A model generated the notes under the pieces. It was not told the origin of the DNA. It did no database searches and was given only the letters and a program-made list of their open reading frames with translations. A stretch of 64,000 bases of DNA from Chiloscyllium plagiosum (Eukaryota), in NCBI RefSeq assembly GCF_004010195.1, contig NC_057719.1:80341486-80405485 (forward strand), read 5' to 3'. Positions 25,520-36,710 of this stretch are shown here, piece by piece (position 1 is the first letter of the stretch; every line of letters starts with the position of its first letter). Made by a program: the position numbers and the translations under genes.

Positions 25520-25861
25520 AGATCCCCCCAAACCACCTTGATAATGAGAAAAAAAGTCACAAGAAAACCTTTGGATTTTGGAGCTTTTGGGATTTCAGGA
25601 TTTCGGATAAAGGGTTGTCTACCTGTATTGCCAAAGTAATATATACGAGTTGCCACAGTGAATGCAGATTTTATACATAGTGCATCATATATATGCAGCA
25701 ATGATGGAGCATATGTACTGGATATTTTTCTTATTTGCAGATGAAAATCATTTTAGTCCATTAAGATCTTAAGATTCAAAATACACTCTTTCCCTAGGGT
25801 TATTTCCTCATAAGTATGACTCAAAATACTAAATCCGAAGTGTCACAATAGTATGTGTTAG

Positions 25862-27880
25862 GTAGGCGAGAGGTTATTAGGGTGGACAAATCCCCAGGAC
25901 CGGATGGGATCTATCCCAGGTTGCTGAGGGAGGCTGAGGGAGGCGAGAGAGGAAATAGCTGGGGCCCTGACAGATATCTTTGTGGCATCCTTAAATAAGA
26001 TGAGGTGCCAGAGGACTGGAAGGTTGCTCATGTTGTCCCCCTGTACAAGAAGGATAGTAGAGATATTCCGGGTAACTACAGATCAGTGAGCCTGACATCG
26101 GTGGTGGGGAAGTTGCTGGAGAGGGTACTGAGGGATAGGACCTATTTTTATTTAGAAAAGAATGGGCTTATCAGTGATAGGCAACATGGTTTTGTGCGTG
26201 GGAGATCGTGCCTTACCAATTTAATAGAGTTCTTCAAGGAAGTGATTAAGTTGATAGATGAAGGAAGGGCTGTTGATATCATATACATGGACTTTAGTAA
26301 GGCATTTGATAAGGTTCCCCATGGTAGACTAATAGAGAAAGTGAAGTCACATGGTATGCAGGATGTTCTAGCTAGGTGGATAAAGAACTGGTTGAGCAAC
26401 AGGAGACAGAGTATTGGTTGAAGGGAGTTTCTCGAAATGGAGAAAGGTGACCAGTGGTGTTCCACAGGGATCAGTATTGGGGCCACTGTTGTTTGTAATA
26501 TACATAAATGCTCTGGAAGAAGGCACTGTTGGTGTGATCAGCAAGTTTGCAGATGACACGAAGATTGGTGAAGTAGCAGAAAGCATAAGGGACTGTCAGA
26601 GAATATAGGAGGACATAGATAGACTGGAGAGTTGGGCAGAAAAGTGGCAGATGGTTTTCAATCCAGGCAAATGTGAGGTGTGGCAGATGGTTTTCAATCC
26701 AGGCAAATGTGAGGTGATGTAAGTAGGCAAGTCTAATTCTAGAGTGAATTATACAATGGACGGAAGAGCCTTGGGAAAAGTTGATGGGCGGAGAGATCTG
26801 GGAGTGCAGGTCCACTGTACCCTGAACGTTGCTGCACAGGTGTTTAGAGTGGTCAAGAAGGCATATAGTATGCTTGCCTTCATTGGACGGGGTATTGAAT
26901 ATAAGACCTGGCGAGTCATGTTAAAATTGTACAAGACATTGGTTCGGCCGCATATAGAATACTGTGTATAGTTTGGTCGCCACATTACCAAAAGGATGTG
27001 GATGCTTTGGAGAGGGAGCAGAGAAGGTTTACGAGGATGTTGCCTGGTATGATGGGTGCTAGCTATGAAGAGAGGTTAAATAGGTTAGATTTATTTTCAT
27101 TAGAAAAAAGGAGATTGAGGGGGGACCTGATTGAGGTTTATAAAATCATGAAGGTAATAGAGAGGGTGGATAGAGACAAGCTTTTTCCCAGGGTGAAGGA
27201 TTCAATAACGAGAGGGCACGCTTTCAAGGTGAGAGGTGGAAAGTTTAAGGGGGATACACACCACAAGTGCTTCACACAGAGGGTGGTGGGCATTTGGAAC
27301 ACGTTGCCAGCTGAGGTGGTAGAGGCAGGCACGGTAGATTCATTTACAACGGGATGGAACCATTCGCTGCCACCGATTAGCCACTGCCCTTTCACCGCCG
27401 AGGACGCTTAGCCACCGCCCATTGGCCGCTGAGGACGATTCACCATCGCAAGTGTTTGTAACTCATTTTTATGTATAAACCAATAAAATGATATTTATTT
27501 TACCTCATTTTTTATCAATATGTACTATATTGTTGTATAAATAAAGGGGACTGAGAAGTATGAAAGAAAAGGCGGGAGGGAAAACAATCAGTACATTTAT
27601 ATATTTCCGGTGGCAAATAGTCTCCAGAGGTCAAACGACCCCGGTGGAGAAACGCTGGTGGCGAACCGGTAGTGACTAATCGGCGGCGGCAAATGTGCCG
27701 CGGTGAATCGTTACCAACCCCATTTACAATGCGTCTGGACAGATGCATGAGTGGGTGGGGGGGGCAGAGGGATACAGATGCTTAGGAATTGACCAACAGG
27801 TTTAGACAGTACAGCTTGATTGGCTCAGGCTTGGATGGTCAAAGGGCCGGTTCCTGGGCTGTAAGTTTTCTTTTCTTTGT
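25862..27880 (+). mobile_element. CR1 LINE (second subfamily), 5'-truncated ORF2 RT plus 3'UTR
   Basis: [59 protein letters not shown]; ~36-bp internal duplication near 26644-26718. Confidence 0.95.
27351..27720. mobile_element. MULE/Mutator-like non-autonomous DNA transposon inserted in CR1
   Basis: TSD CATTTACAA(C/T) at 27341-27350 and 27721-27730; imperfect TIRs GGGATGGAACCATTCGCTGC and GGGTTGGTAACGATTCACCGC; CpG-rich subterminal repeats and AT-rich core. Confidence 0.7.
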
Positions 27881-28623
27881 TATAGCATGTTTTCTCTGAA
27901 AGAGAAAAGTTAGCATCGTGGGGAATCCTAAAGAAATTCAAGCTAATATATAAATGCAAGCTATCCTTTTAACAAAGTGCTTTGAAAATAAAAAAATGCT
28001 ATGTACAATTTTAAGAAACTCCCAACTAATTAGATTTTTCCAAAGGAAGTTCTAAGAATTGCTAGTTGTTAATTCACAGGAGCATGGGAGCAAGGGGAAG
28101 AGACACTAATTTATTTTTAAAACATTAATGCTAGAATAGGGTTTGAAGAAAGTAGGATTTCTTTTATTTTTCCAAATGCAGCAATGTTGTTGCAGTCTAG
28201 AACATACTACCTGAACCAGATTGAACAGCAGTTTTCAAAAAGGGACTAAATGTATACTTGAAAATGAGGAGGGAGAAATTTGAAGGACTGAGAGGAAAAA
28301 GGAGCAGAATAGAGGTAAGTTGACAGTTCTTTCAAAGACCTAACAGAGATATGGTAATCAGAGTGCACCCGTCTATGCTCAATATACATGAATAAAAATG
28401 AAATTCCTGTCAACATTGCCTGGAATTTGTCAACAAAGGGAACCAACAAAATCATTCACTATTTCAGGAAATTATTTTACCAAACCAGCAGAAGTCAATA
28501 TAAACTAATTCCTACAATTAAATATGGTTGTAAATTTGATTTTGCTGCATTTAGAATTTCTACAATATAGTATGGAGCACTTACCCTTTAACAAAACCAA
28601 AATATTATTGAAATGAAACTCTG

Positions 28624-28941
28624 GGGTGATGAAGGACAGTGGTTCAGTGGTTAGCACTGCTGTCTCACAGCACCAGGGTCTTAGGTTCGATTCCAACCTC
28701 GGGCGACTGTCTATGTGGAGTTTGTACGTTCTCCTCGTGGGTTTTCTCCGGGTGCTCCGGTTTCCTCCCACAGTCCAAAGATGTGCAGGTCAGGTGAATT
28801 GGCCATACTAAAATTGCCTGTAGTGTTAGGTGCATTAGTCAGAGGGAAACGGGTCCAGGTGGGTTACTCTTCGGAGGGTCGGTGTGGACTTGTTGGGCCG
28901 AAGGGCCTGTTTCCACACGGTAGGGAATCTAATCTAATCTA
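28624..28941 (+). mobile_element. HE1-type SINE
   Basis: A/B boxes and (AATCT)3 tail. Confidence 0.85.
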
Positions 28942-28974
28942 AAAGTTAGTCAGAACACTGGGCAATTTAAATTT

Positions 28975-29263
28975 CTTACAGTGTGGATACAGGCCCTTCA
29001 GCTCAATAAGTCCACACCGACCCTCCAAAGAGTAACCCACTCAGATCCATTTCCCTCTGACTAATGCACTTAAAACTATGGGCAATTTAGCATGGCCAAT
29101 TCACTTGGCTTGCATATCTTTGGACTGTGGGAGGAAACCAGAGTACACAGACACTGAGAGAATGTGCAAACTCCACACAGACCATTACCCAAGGCTGGGA
29201 TTGAACCTGGGACCCTGGTGCTGTGAGGCAGCAGTGCTAACCACTGATTCACCATGCCACCCA
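28975..29263 (-). mobile_element. HE1-type SINE, tail-to-tail with the preceding copy
   Basis: Reverse-complement similarity to 28624-28941. Confidence 0.85.
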
Positions 29264-29506
29264 CAATTCACAATTAAGCATTTCACTCTTTCTAAAAAGT
29301 AAACAAAATGTATTGTGGACAAAGCACAGATATTAAACTTGCAGAAATCGATTCCTGTTTGATTAGAATTATTATTTTGTTTAAAGAAAAACTGAAAATG
29401 AAGTTGTAATTTTAGTGCAATTCACTTTGCAGTTCTGCATTTTAACAACGGTGAGCTTAATAAGGCTGTTTACATTTAAAGTTCATTTAAGTTAGCAATG
29501 ATCCTG

Positions 29507-29656
29507 TACAGTTGATTCTGCTATAACATGAATTGGCTTAAAGGCAAATGAAGGATTTAGACTGTTATTGGTAGAACATGAACTTTCCTTACCTGCATTG
29601 GTCATTTGCTATTTGCATGAGACCGCAACTATCGCCTTATATCAGAACCAACTGTA
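29507..29656. mobile_element. Tigger/pogo-type MITE
   Basis: TIRs TACAGTTGATTCTGCTATAAC and reverse complement TACAGTTGGTTCTGATATAAG; TA ends. Confidence 0.75.
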
Positions 29657-29689
29657 TTTAAAAAATGATTGAAAAGCTCCTGCAGCGAA

Positions 29690-29990
29690 AATAAGTATAA
29701 CCTGTGTATCAACACATGGGAAATTCAGCCTAAAGCTGTCTGAAGTGGGGGGAGAGCCTCTGGAAAGGATCTGCACACTTCGAGTCTCATCTCCAATAAA
29801 GTCAAGCACAACAGTGAAATAAATGCATGGGAACCCAGGTATCCCACTCTCCTATTCCCTCAACCACCATCTGTCCCATCTCTGACAGAGACTGCAGGTT
29901 GGGCACTAGACTCTTAAGTCACCAGAGCAGTAATTTTTAGTGTGAAACCAAGTCACGCCCGACCATGAGGGGCTGCCTTAAGAAGAGATA
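29690..29990 (+). mobile_element. RTE-clade LINE 3' fragment (old)
   Basis: TTICPISDRDCR..GLLSH-like Cys/His C-terminus and GAGGGGCTGCC-AAGAAGA tail; similar to 54440-54565. Confidence 0.5.
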
Positions 29991-30653
29991 CGAAAAAATC
30001 TCTCAATATTACTGAGACATTGATTTAAATAACTTAATGAAAAAATAATAAGAACATGTATTTCAATTACAATCCACGATTTATTCTGGAAAACAACAAT
30101 ATTGAATATTTAGTATTATAAAACATTACAATGTGTTTCATTAAACTAAATTTGACACTGAACCACATTAAGGCAGGAAACCAAAGGTTTGATCAAACAG
30201 GCGGCTTCTATGGAGTGCCTCAAAAGAAGGAAAGCGAGGAAGAGTGGAGTAGAGGTTCAAGAAGAGAACTTCAAAGCTTCAGGTTTTTGCAGCTGATGGG
30301 ATGAACACCAATCTTGGAGCAGTTAAAATTAGGGATTGTGGGATTTTAAAATGTGTACACCCCCAGTCCAACCACCAGCACCTCCACATCATGTAATGAT
30401 ATGAGAATGGATCTCATTTCATTCATCCTGCAGAGGAGGTGTCTTGTTGACAGGTCAAAACCCCAAAGTTCAATAACTTTGTTCATTTTTAACTCAAAAA
30501 TGAGTTTTCTGAAAGACGTCTGCTACAAATATAAATAACTACAGACACACAGTCCACCACGTTCTGGGAAAAGTCTGCGCAGAAACCATGGAATATCACA
30601 CCCGTAGAGTGTTAGAGAAGCTTTGAACAGAGAGAGAAATGTAACAGGAAGAG

Positions 30654-30892
30654 ATAGTGAGGGAATTGAAAAATGTGTTGCTGGAAAAGCGCAGCAGGTC
30701 AGGTAGCATCCAAGGAGCAGGAGAATCGACGTTTCAGGCATAAGTCTTTCTTCAGGAAGCCATTATGCCCAAAACGTCAATTCTCCTGCTCCTTGGATGC
30801 TGCCTGACCTGCTGCGCTTTTCCAGCAACACATTTTTCAGCTCTGATCTCCAGCATCTGCAGTCCTCACTTTCTCCATAGTGAGGGAATTGA
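30654..30892 (+). mobile_element. Foldback PLE-terminus insertion (family A)
   Basis: 16-bp TSD ATAGTGAGGGAATTGA at 30654-30669 and 30877-30892; inverted arms joined by a 4-nt spacer at the hammerhead. Confidence 0.9.
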
Positions 30893-30985
30893 CTAGCTCC
30901 CCCCTCCTCTCAGCAAAAAGACATCCCTTGCAGTCTCGTTGTATTTTTACCCACAGGAAAGAGGGATTTAAAAAGTGACGCCTTA

Positions 30986-31159
30986 TTAGTTTGCATATGA
31001 TGTGGAGGTGTCGGTGTTGGAATGGGGAGGACAAAGTTAAAAATCACACCGCAAGCCAACTAGCTACCTGATGAAGGAGCAGTGCTCCAAAAGCTGGTAC
31101 TTCCAAATAAACCTGTTGGATTATAACCTGACATTGTGTGATTTTTAGTTTGTATATGA
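30986..31159. mobile_element. Inverted PLE-terminus insertion (family B) with hammerhead motif at 31065-31099
   Basis: TSD TTAGTTTG(C/T)ATATGA at 30986-31000 and 31145-31159; tac-CTGATGA-A-GGAGC-AGT-GCTCC-AAA-AGCT-G-gta. Confidence 0.8.
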
Positions 31160-32729
31160 CAGTGCTTTGATGACCTAGTTTGTGGCCTGGTGTGCTATTA
31201 TGGTAACAGTTTTGAGAACAGATATTTGAACATAATTGCATTGCAGGCAAAGAAAAGGGTAACATTGTCTCTCACTCTGGCTGTAGCCAGTAAGCCACTC
31301 TCAAAAAATAATCAAGACTAAAGAGATTCAATTAACCTGCAAAGACAAGAATCTTAAAAACAAATATTTAAGCATCAACATTGATGCTATCATCAACATC
31401 CACTGTGGTGATTGCAAAGTTGCATTCTCCTGAACAGTTCGGAGATTGAATCTGCAATGTTTTTTAATTTTTATCTTTTGGACTCACCTCTCACTTGTAA
31501 TCAGTGCGTATATGTATGGTGTTACTATTTATTGATGCACAGTGTCATCAATAAACGCTATTTTTGTTAATTCAAGAAAGCTTGGTCTAAGTGGCATCCG
31601 TTAAAACATAAGTGCATTTCGGCTTGGGAAAAAGCTATCCACAAAGGAAAGAATATGTTTTTCAAATTAATCTTTTTGTAACAACTCATTGGAACAAGTG
31701 ACTAGCCAAAGGATCCGCTTGATCCATCCTTACCTGGGAGCTTAATAGTTTGAGGTATCTCACCTTGAACTGTAACAAATTGGGAAACTTTGCTCAACTT
31801 TGTAAGTGGTCATATCTTAATGCACTTCTGGACAAGTCCAGCTGCAATAGAAATGAAATGGTGACTGCCCCTTCAAGGGGTTCTGTCCCTTTAAGTTTTG
31901 CTTGAAATTACCATCCACTGTTAAGAAAGGAGTTGCATGACCCCCCAAAATACAGGGTGGTCTTTTTGATAAGAACCCGCAGGCATTTAACTAGAATCTC
32001 CTATTTAACAGGTCTCTGAGTGACCATTCATAGCATGAACTTCAATTCTTTTACCAAGATGCCATCTTACCCTAAACATGGACTGAACCATTTCAGTTCA
32101 AGCTCCTATCTTTGCCATCTTTTTAGCTCTTTATGCATGTAAGGTGTTTAACAAAAATAACCCACATTTGGGCCATGAAGCATTCCATTACAAGCATTAT
32201 TGCGTGAACAGCCATTTGCCAAGGAATGAATTTTTTAAAGAACATAACCGCATAAGCAAATGATAACTGGCTTGTCGAAGAGTCTTCAGTCCCTGAATAA
32301 TCTAATTTAGTTCCAGCAAAGTAAAGGCTTGGAGAGTGATTCTTGTTAAAATTGACATGCACTCAATTGGATAAATACATTGAACGTGCAAAAACTAACC
32401 TAGCCAGAATGAAAGAGTGGACTAAATAGTGAAGTGTTAACGAACATTGTGTATATTCCATTGTTAGAACCACCTTAGGTTATCAGTATCCAGAGTAAAC
32501 CCAAACGACCAGCAAGTGAGAATAAAAGCCGAGAGAATCAATAGTTGGTGAGTGAATAAGCCTTTCTTTGCCAGTGTTGTTCCACTAGTTTCAGGCACAC
32601 CCACTGCCAGCTGGGCTTGGCTAGGAAGCTGCAATGGATTCTGTGTGAAGACATGAGGTACAATTCACAGCCAGGCCTCAATAAGACCATTAGTCGTAGG
32701 ATTGTGGATTCTGTGCACATGAGGGCATT

Positions 32730-32930
32730 GCCTGCAGGGCCATTAATTCGAAAGATGCTCTTTGGCCTGCCCAAAATCTGTTGGTCTTCCAGTGTGAAGA
32801 GTTGTCCTCGACTGAGTGTTGTAATCTAGTACATTACAAGGTCCAGGACTATGTGCTGAGGGACCCAGTAAAGCTTGGGTATTCGACTCGCGATGGTGAG
32901 AGATATTTGTCTAAGGCCTTTCGACAATAA
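32730..32930 (+). mobile_element. Tx1/L1-type LINE ORF2 C-terminal fragment
   Basis: Manual translation: INSKDALWPAQNLLVFQCEELSSTECCNLVHYKVQDYVLRDPVKLG. Confidence 0.65.
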
Positions 32931-33700
32931 TACCCCGAGGGGATTAAAAACTGCAAAACTTATTGGGGTGTGTGTCTTATACATTGGCAATCAAGGGGTA
33001 TTGAAAATGCATTAAGACAGCTCAGAGTGAAAAATGGTGCATCTTAGAATATTTTATTACACTTTCTGTAATTTCCAGTTTGAAATGCATTTGCCCTCTG
33101 GGTGTAACACTGATGTGGAATGTATTCTGTAAACATGAAGACAATTGCAATTGTATTCAATGGTACAAATTAAATTTTATTGCAAATTTGGTCATATTCA
33201 AGTCAAAAAGTTCTGAAGTGTATTTATACCAATTTATTGAGTACCTTTGGGATTAAAAAAAAGCAAATATTCAAGACTAATGCAGCACTGTGGAAATACT
33301 ATACTGTTGGGATGCCATGTTTGCTACGAGCTGTTAAATCAAGGCCTGATATCACTGTATTGGGGAGCCAGATTAACACCAGGATAGATACATTCAGTAA
33401 CACAGGATGCTGGAGGGAGAGGGCATACTGAGTGACAATGTGAGGGAGCTGGATTAACATCAGGAGAGATACAGTCTGTAACACAGGCTGCTGGAGGGAG
33501 AGGGGTTACTTAGTGTCAATATGAGGGAACTGGATTAGCACCAGGAGAGATACAGTCAGTAACACAGGGCGCTGGAGGGAGAGGGGTTACTCAGTGACAG
33601 TGTGAGGGAGCTGGATTAACATCAGGAGAGATATAGTCAGTAATACAGGGTGCTGGGAAAGAGGGGTTACTGAGTGACAGTGTTAGGGAGCTGGATTAAC

Positions 33701-33858
33701 ATCAGGAGGAATATTCCTGATTCCTCATGAAGAGCTCTTGCCAGAACTGTTGATTCACCGGCTCCTTGGATGTTGCCTGACCTACTGTGCTTTTCCAGCA
33801 CCACACACTTGACTCTGATCTCCAGCACCTACAGTCCTCACTTTCTCCTATCAGGAGG
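33701..33858 (+). mobile_element. PLE terminus (family A) in the minisatellite
   Basis: TSD ATCAGGAGG at 33701-33709 and 33850-33858; degenerate hammerhead GATTCCTCATGAAGAGC...; ends CAGTCCTCACTTTCTCC. Confidence 0.8.
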
Positions 33859-33921
33859 GATACAGTCTGTAACACAGTGCAGGAAGAGAGGGGCAACTGA
33901 GTGGCAGTGTGAGGGAGCAAT

Positions 33922-34042
33922 TTAATGCAGATGCTGGAATCTGCACTTAAATAAAAAATGCTGGAAATCACAGCGGGTAAGGCAGCATCCATTGAGAGAG
34001 AGCAAGTTAATGTTTTAAATCTAGTTGACTCTTATCAGAGAG
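33922..34042 (-). mobile_element. PLE terminus (another subfamily) in the minisatellite
   Basis: TGCAGATGCTGGAATC...GGCAGCATCC...CTTATCAG (CTGATAAG on the minus strand). Confidence 0.6.
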
Positions 34043-35029
34043 TGATGGAGCTGGATTAACATCAGGAGAGAGATGGTCAGTAATACAGGGTGCTGAGGGA
34101 GAGGGGTTACTGAGTGACAGTGTGAGGGAGCTGGATTAACATCAGGAGAGATACAGTCAGTAACACGAGGTGCTGGGGGAGAGGGGTTACTGAGTGACAG
34201 TGTGAGGGAGCTGGATTAACATCAGGGGAGATACAGTCAGTAACACAGGGTGCTGGGGGACAGGGATTACTGAGTGACAGTGTGAGGGAGCTAGATTAAC
34301 ATCAGGAGAGATACAGTCAGTAACATGAGGTGCTGGGGGAGAGGGGTTACTCAGTGACAGTGTGAGGGAGCTAGATTAACATCAGGAGAGATACAGTCAG
34401 TAACATGAGGTGCTGGGGGAGAGGGGTTACTCAGTGACAGTGTGAGGGAGCTGGATTAACACCAAGAGAAAGATAATCAGTAACACAGGGTGCTGGGGAG
34501 GGGGGGAGATGTTACTGAGTAGGGGGAACTGAATTAATGCCAGTAGAAAAAGAACAGCACAATGTTTTGATTGGGATGCTGGCACCTTTCTCAGTATATT
34601 TGTTCCATTTTCTCCTTTTTTGTACAATGACTGCCACTTTTTGAATTAAAGTCTGCCATTTGGAATTCAATGTATCATGATTTAAAATACCTGATGAAAT
34701 TCATCCAGTGTTTCTCCAAACTATATTTCTTTTTGCTAAAACAAAATGCCATAAGGCAGAAACGGTTGAAGTAGGTTTTAATATCTCCCTGGTGTAAAAG
34801 AATTGTTTACTCACAGAACTGTCACATTATCTGCTCAATATCAGCTCAGTAAGGAATAGAGCTACTGGGATTCATTAACCATCATTGGAATACAATCACA
34901 AAGCTCTGAAGCGATGAATGAGTATCCAAAAGCAGCTATACGCCTTTTCTTATATATTTTCTTAAAGATGTAGTGACAAACTGCACTGTTGTCAACTATT
35001 TTCAGTACATAGATGCAAGCTGTCTTCTG

Positions 35030-36710
35030 TGTCATGGAGTGATAGAGATGTACAGCACAGAAACAGACCCTTCCATCCAACTCATCCATTCTGACCAGAT
35101 GTTCTAAATTAATCTAGTCCCATTCGCCAGCCCATATCTCTCTAAACCCTTCCTATTCACTTACCCATCCAGATGTCTTTCAAACGTTGTAATTGTACCA
35201 TCCTCCACTGCTTCCTCTGGCAGTTCATTCCATACACGCACTACCCCTTGCATGAAAATGTTGCCGCTTAGGTCCCTTTTAAATCTTTCCCCCCTCATCC
35301 TAAACCTATGCCCTGTAATTCTGGACTTTCCTACCCTGGAGAAAAGACCTTGGTTATTCACCCTATGATTTTATGGTCACCCTATAAGGCCTCCAATGCT
35401 CCAGGGAAAATAACCTTACGCTGGTGAATCTCCTCTCTATCCTCACATCCTACCTATAGCGTGACATCAATGGGCCTAACTCATGGTTTATATAGTTGTA
35501 ACAAGACTTCCTTGCTCCTATAGTCTATACCGTAGCTAATGAAGGTAAGCATCCCATATGTCTTCTTCACCACCCTGAGGCTCTGTGCTGACATTTTCAG
35601 GGATCTATGGACCGGTACACCAAGGTCCCTTTGTTCCTCAATACTTCCTAAGGACCTACCATTCATTGTGTATATCCCTCCCTTATTAGATCTCCCAGTT
35701 AGCATCACCTTGTTCTTATCAGGATTAAATTCTATCTGCCATTGCTCTGCCCAATTTACCAGCTGGTCCACATCGGACTGTAGCCTGACACCATCCTCCT
35801 CACTGTCAATGACACCATCAATTTTCATGTCATCTGCAAAATTACTAATCATACCTTAATCTAAAGGCGTTAGTGTAAATAACAAACAGCAAGGTTCCCA
35901 GCACCACAACCTGTGGTACACCACTTGCAATTACAAAAACAACTCTCCACCACCACACTTTGCCTCCCATTCGTGAGCTAATTTTGGATCCAGATTGCAA
36001 ACTTCTTATCCTTTGAGCAGAGAAGGTTGGGGATGTGGGGTGACCTGAGTGAAGTCTAGAAAATTGTGAGGGGCATAGGTAGAGTGGATAGGAATAATCC
36101 TCAATTACCAGGTGGTATAGATTTAAGGTAAAGGGTTGGAGGTTTAGAGGAGATTTAAGAAGGTATTTGTTCACCCAGAGTAAGGTGAATATCCGGATCT
36201 CACTGCCTGAAGGGGTGACCGAGCAGGAACTACTATAACCTTTAAGAAATATTTTGATGAACACTTAGAGTCATAGAGATATACAGCATGGAAACAGACC
36301 CTTTGGTCCAACCCGTCCATGCCGACCCAGATATCCCAACCCAATCTAGTCCAACCTGCCAGCACCCGGCCCATATCCCTCCAAACCCTTCCTATTCATA
36401 TACCCATCCTCTTAAATGTTGCAATTGTGCCAACCTCCACCACTTCCTCTGGCAGCTCATTCCATACCCGTACCACCCTCTGCATGAAAAAGTTGCCTCT
36501 TAGGTCTCTTTTATATCTTTCCCCCTCTTTCAAGTTTCACAACATCTTTCCGATAGGAAGGAGACCAGAATTGCATGCAATAACATCGAAGCACACAAAG
36601 CTGAGAACCAAGTGCTGGGAAACGGAGTGAGTGTAGATAGGTGCTTGTTGACCAGTGTGGACTCAATAGGCTGAAGGCCCTCTTTCTGTGCTGTAATACT
36701 CTCTGACTCT
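35030..36710. mobile_element. Cluster of CR1 fragments in both orientations
   Basis: ORFs 35161..35361 and 35481..35852 (FADDMKI, W..EFNPDK); CR1 tails at 35030 (-), 36265 (-) and 36710 (+). Confidence 0.8.

Larger units (their letters stand above)
19933..25529 (-). mobile_element. Full-length but inactivated L1-clade LINE
   Basis: 5' end GGGGGATCTAAGATGGCGG, ORF1, ~700-bp spacer, ORF2, AATAAA and A-rich tail; imperfect TSD CAAACAACT/CAAACCACC. Confidence 0.9.
19701..25628. mobile_element. Tigger/pogo-type (Tc1-mariner) MITE split by an L1 insertion (pieces 19701-19932 and ~25530-25628)
   Basis: Left end TACAAGTACACAATCCTTATCCGAAAT; right end reverse complement TACAGGTAGACAACCCTTTATCCGAAAT; TA at both ends. 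Confidence 0.75.
33355..34545. repeat. Minisatellite, 80-81-bp unit, ~11-12 copies, interrupted by two PLE termini
   Basis: Unit GGGAGCTGGATTAACATCAGGAGAGATACAGTCAGTAACACAGGGTGCTGGGGGAGAGGGGTTACTGAGTGACAGTGTGA. Confidence 0.95.

Noticed and set aside
31160..31800. Possible Gypsy LTR ending TGTAACA followed by AATTGGG
   Set aside because: I could not define a 5' end, TSD or partner LTR from the sequence alone.
33355..34545. Regular repeats as a CRISPR array
   Set aside because: Units are contiguous with no unique spacers, there are no cas genes, and the context is eukaryotic. The same applies to 40690-41220.
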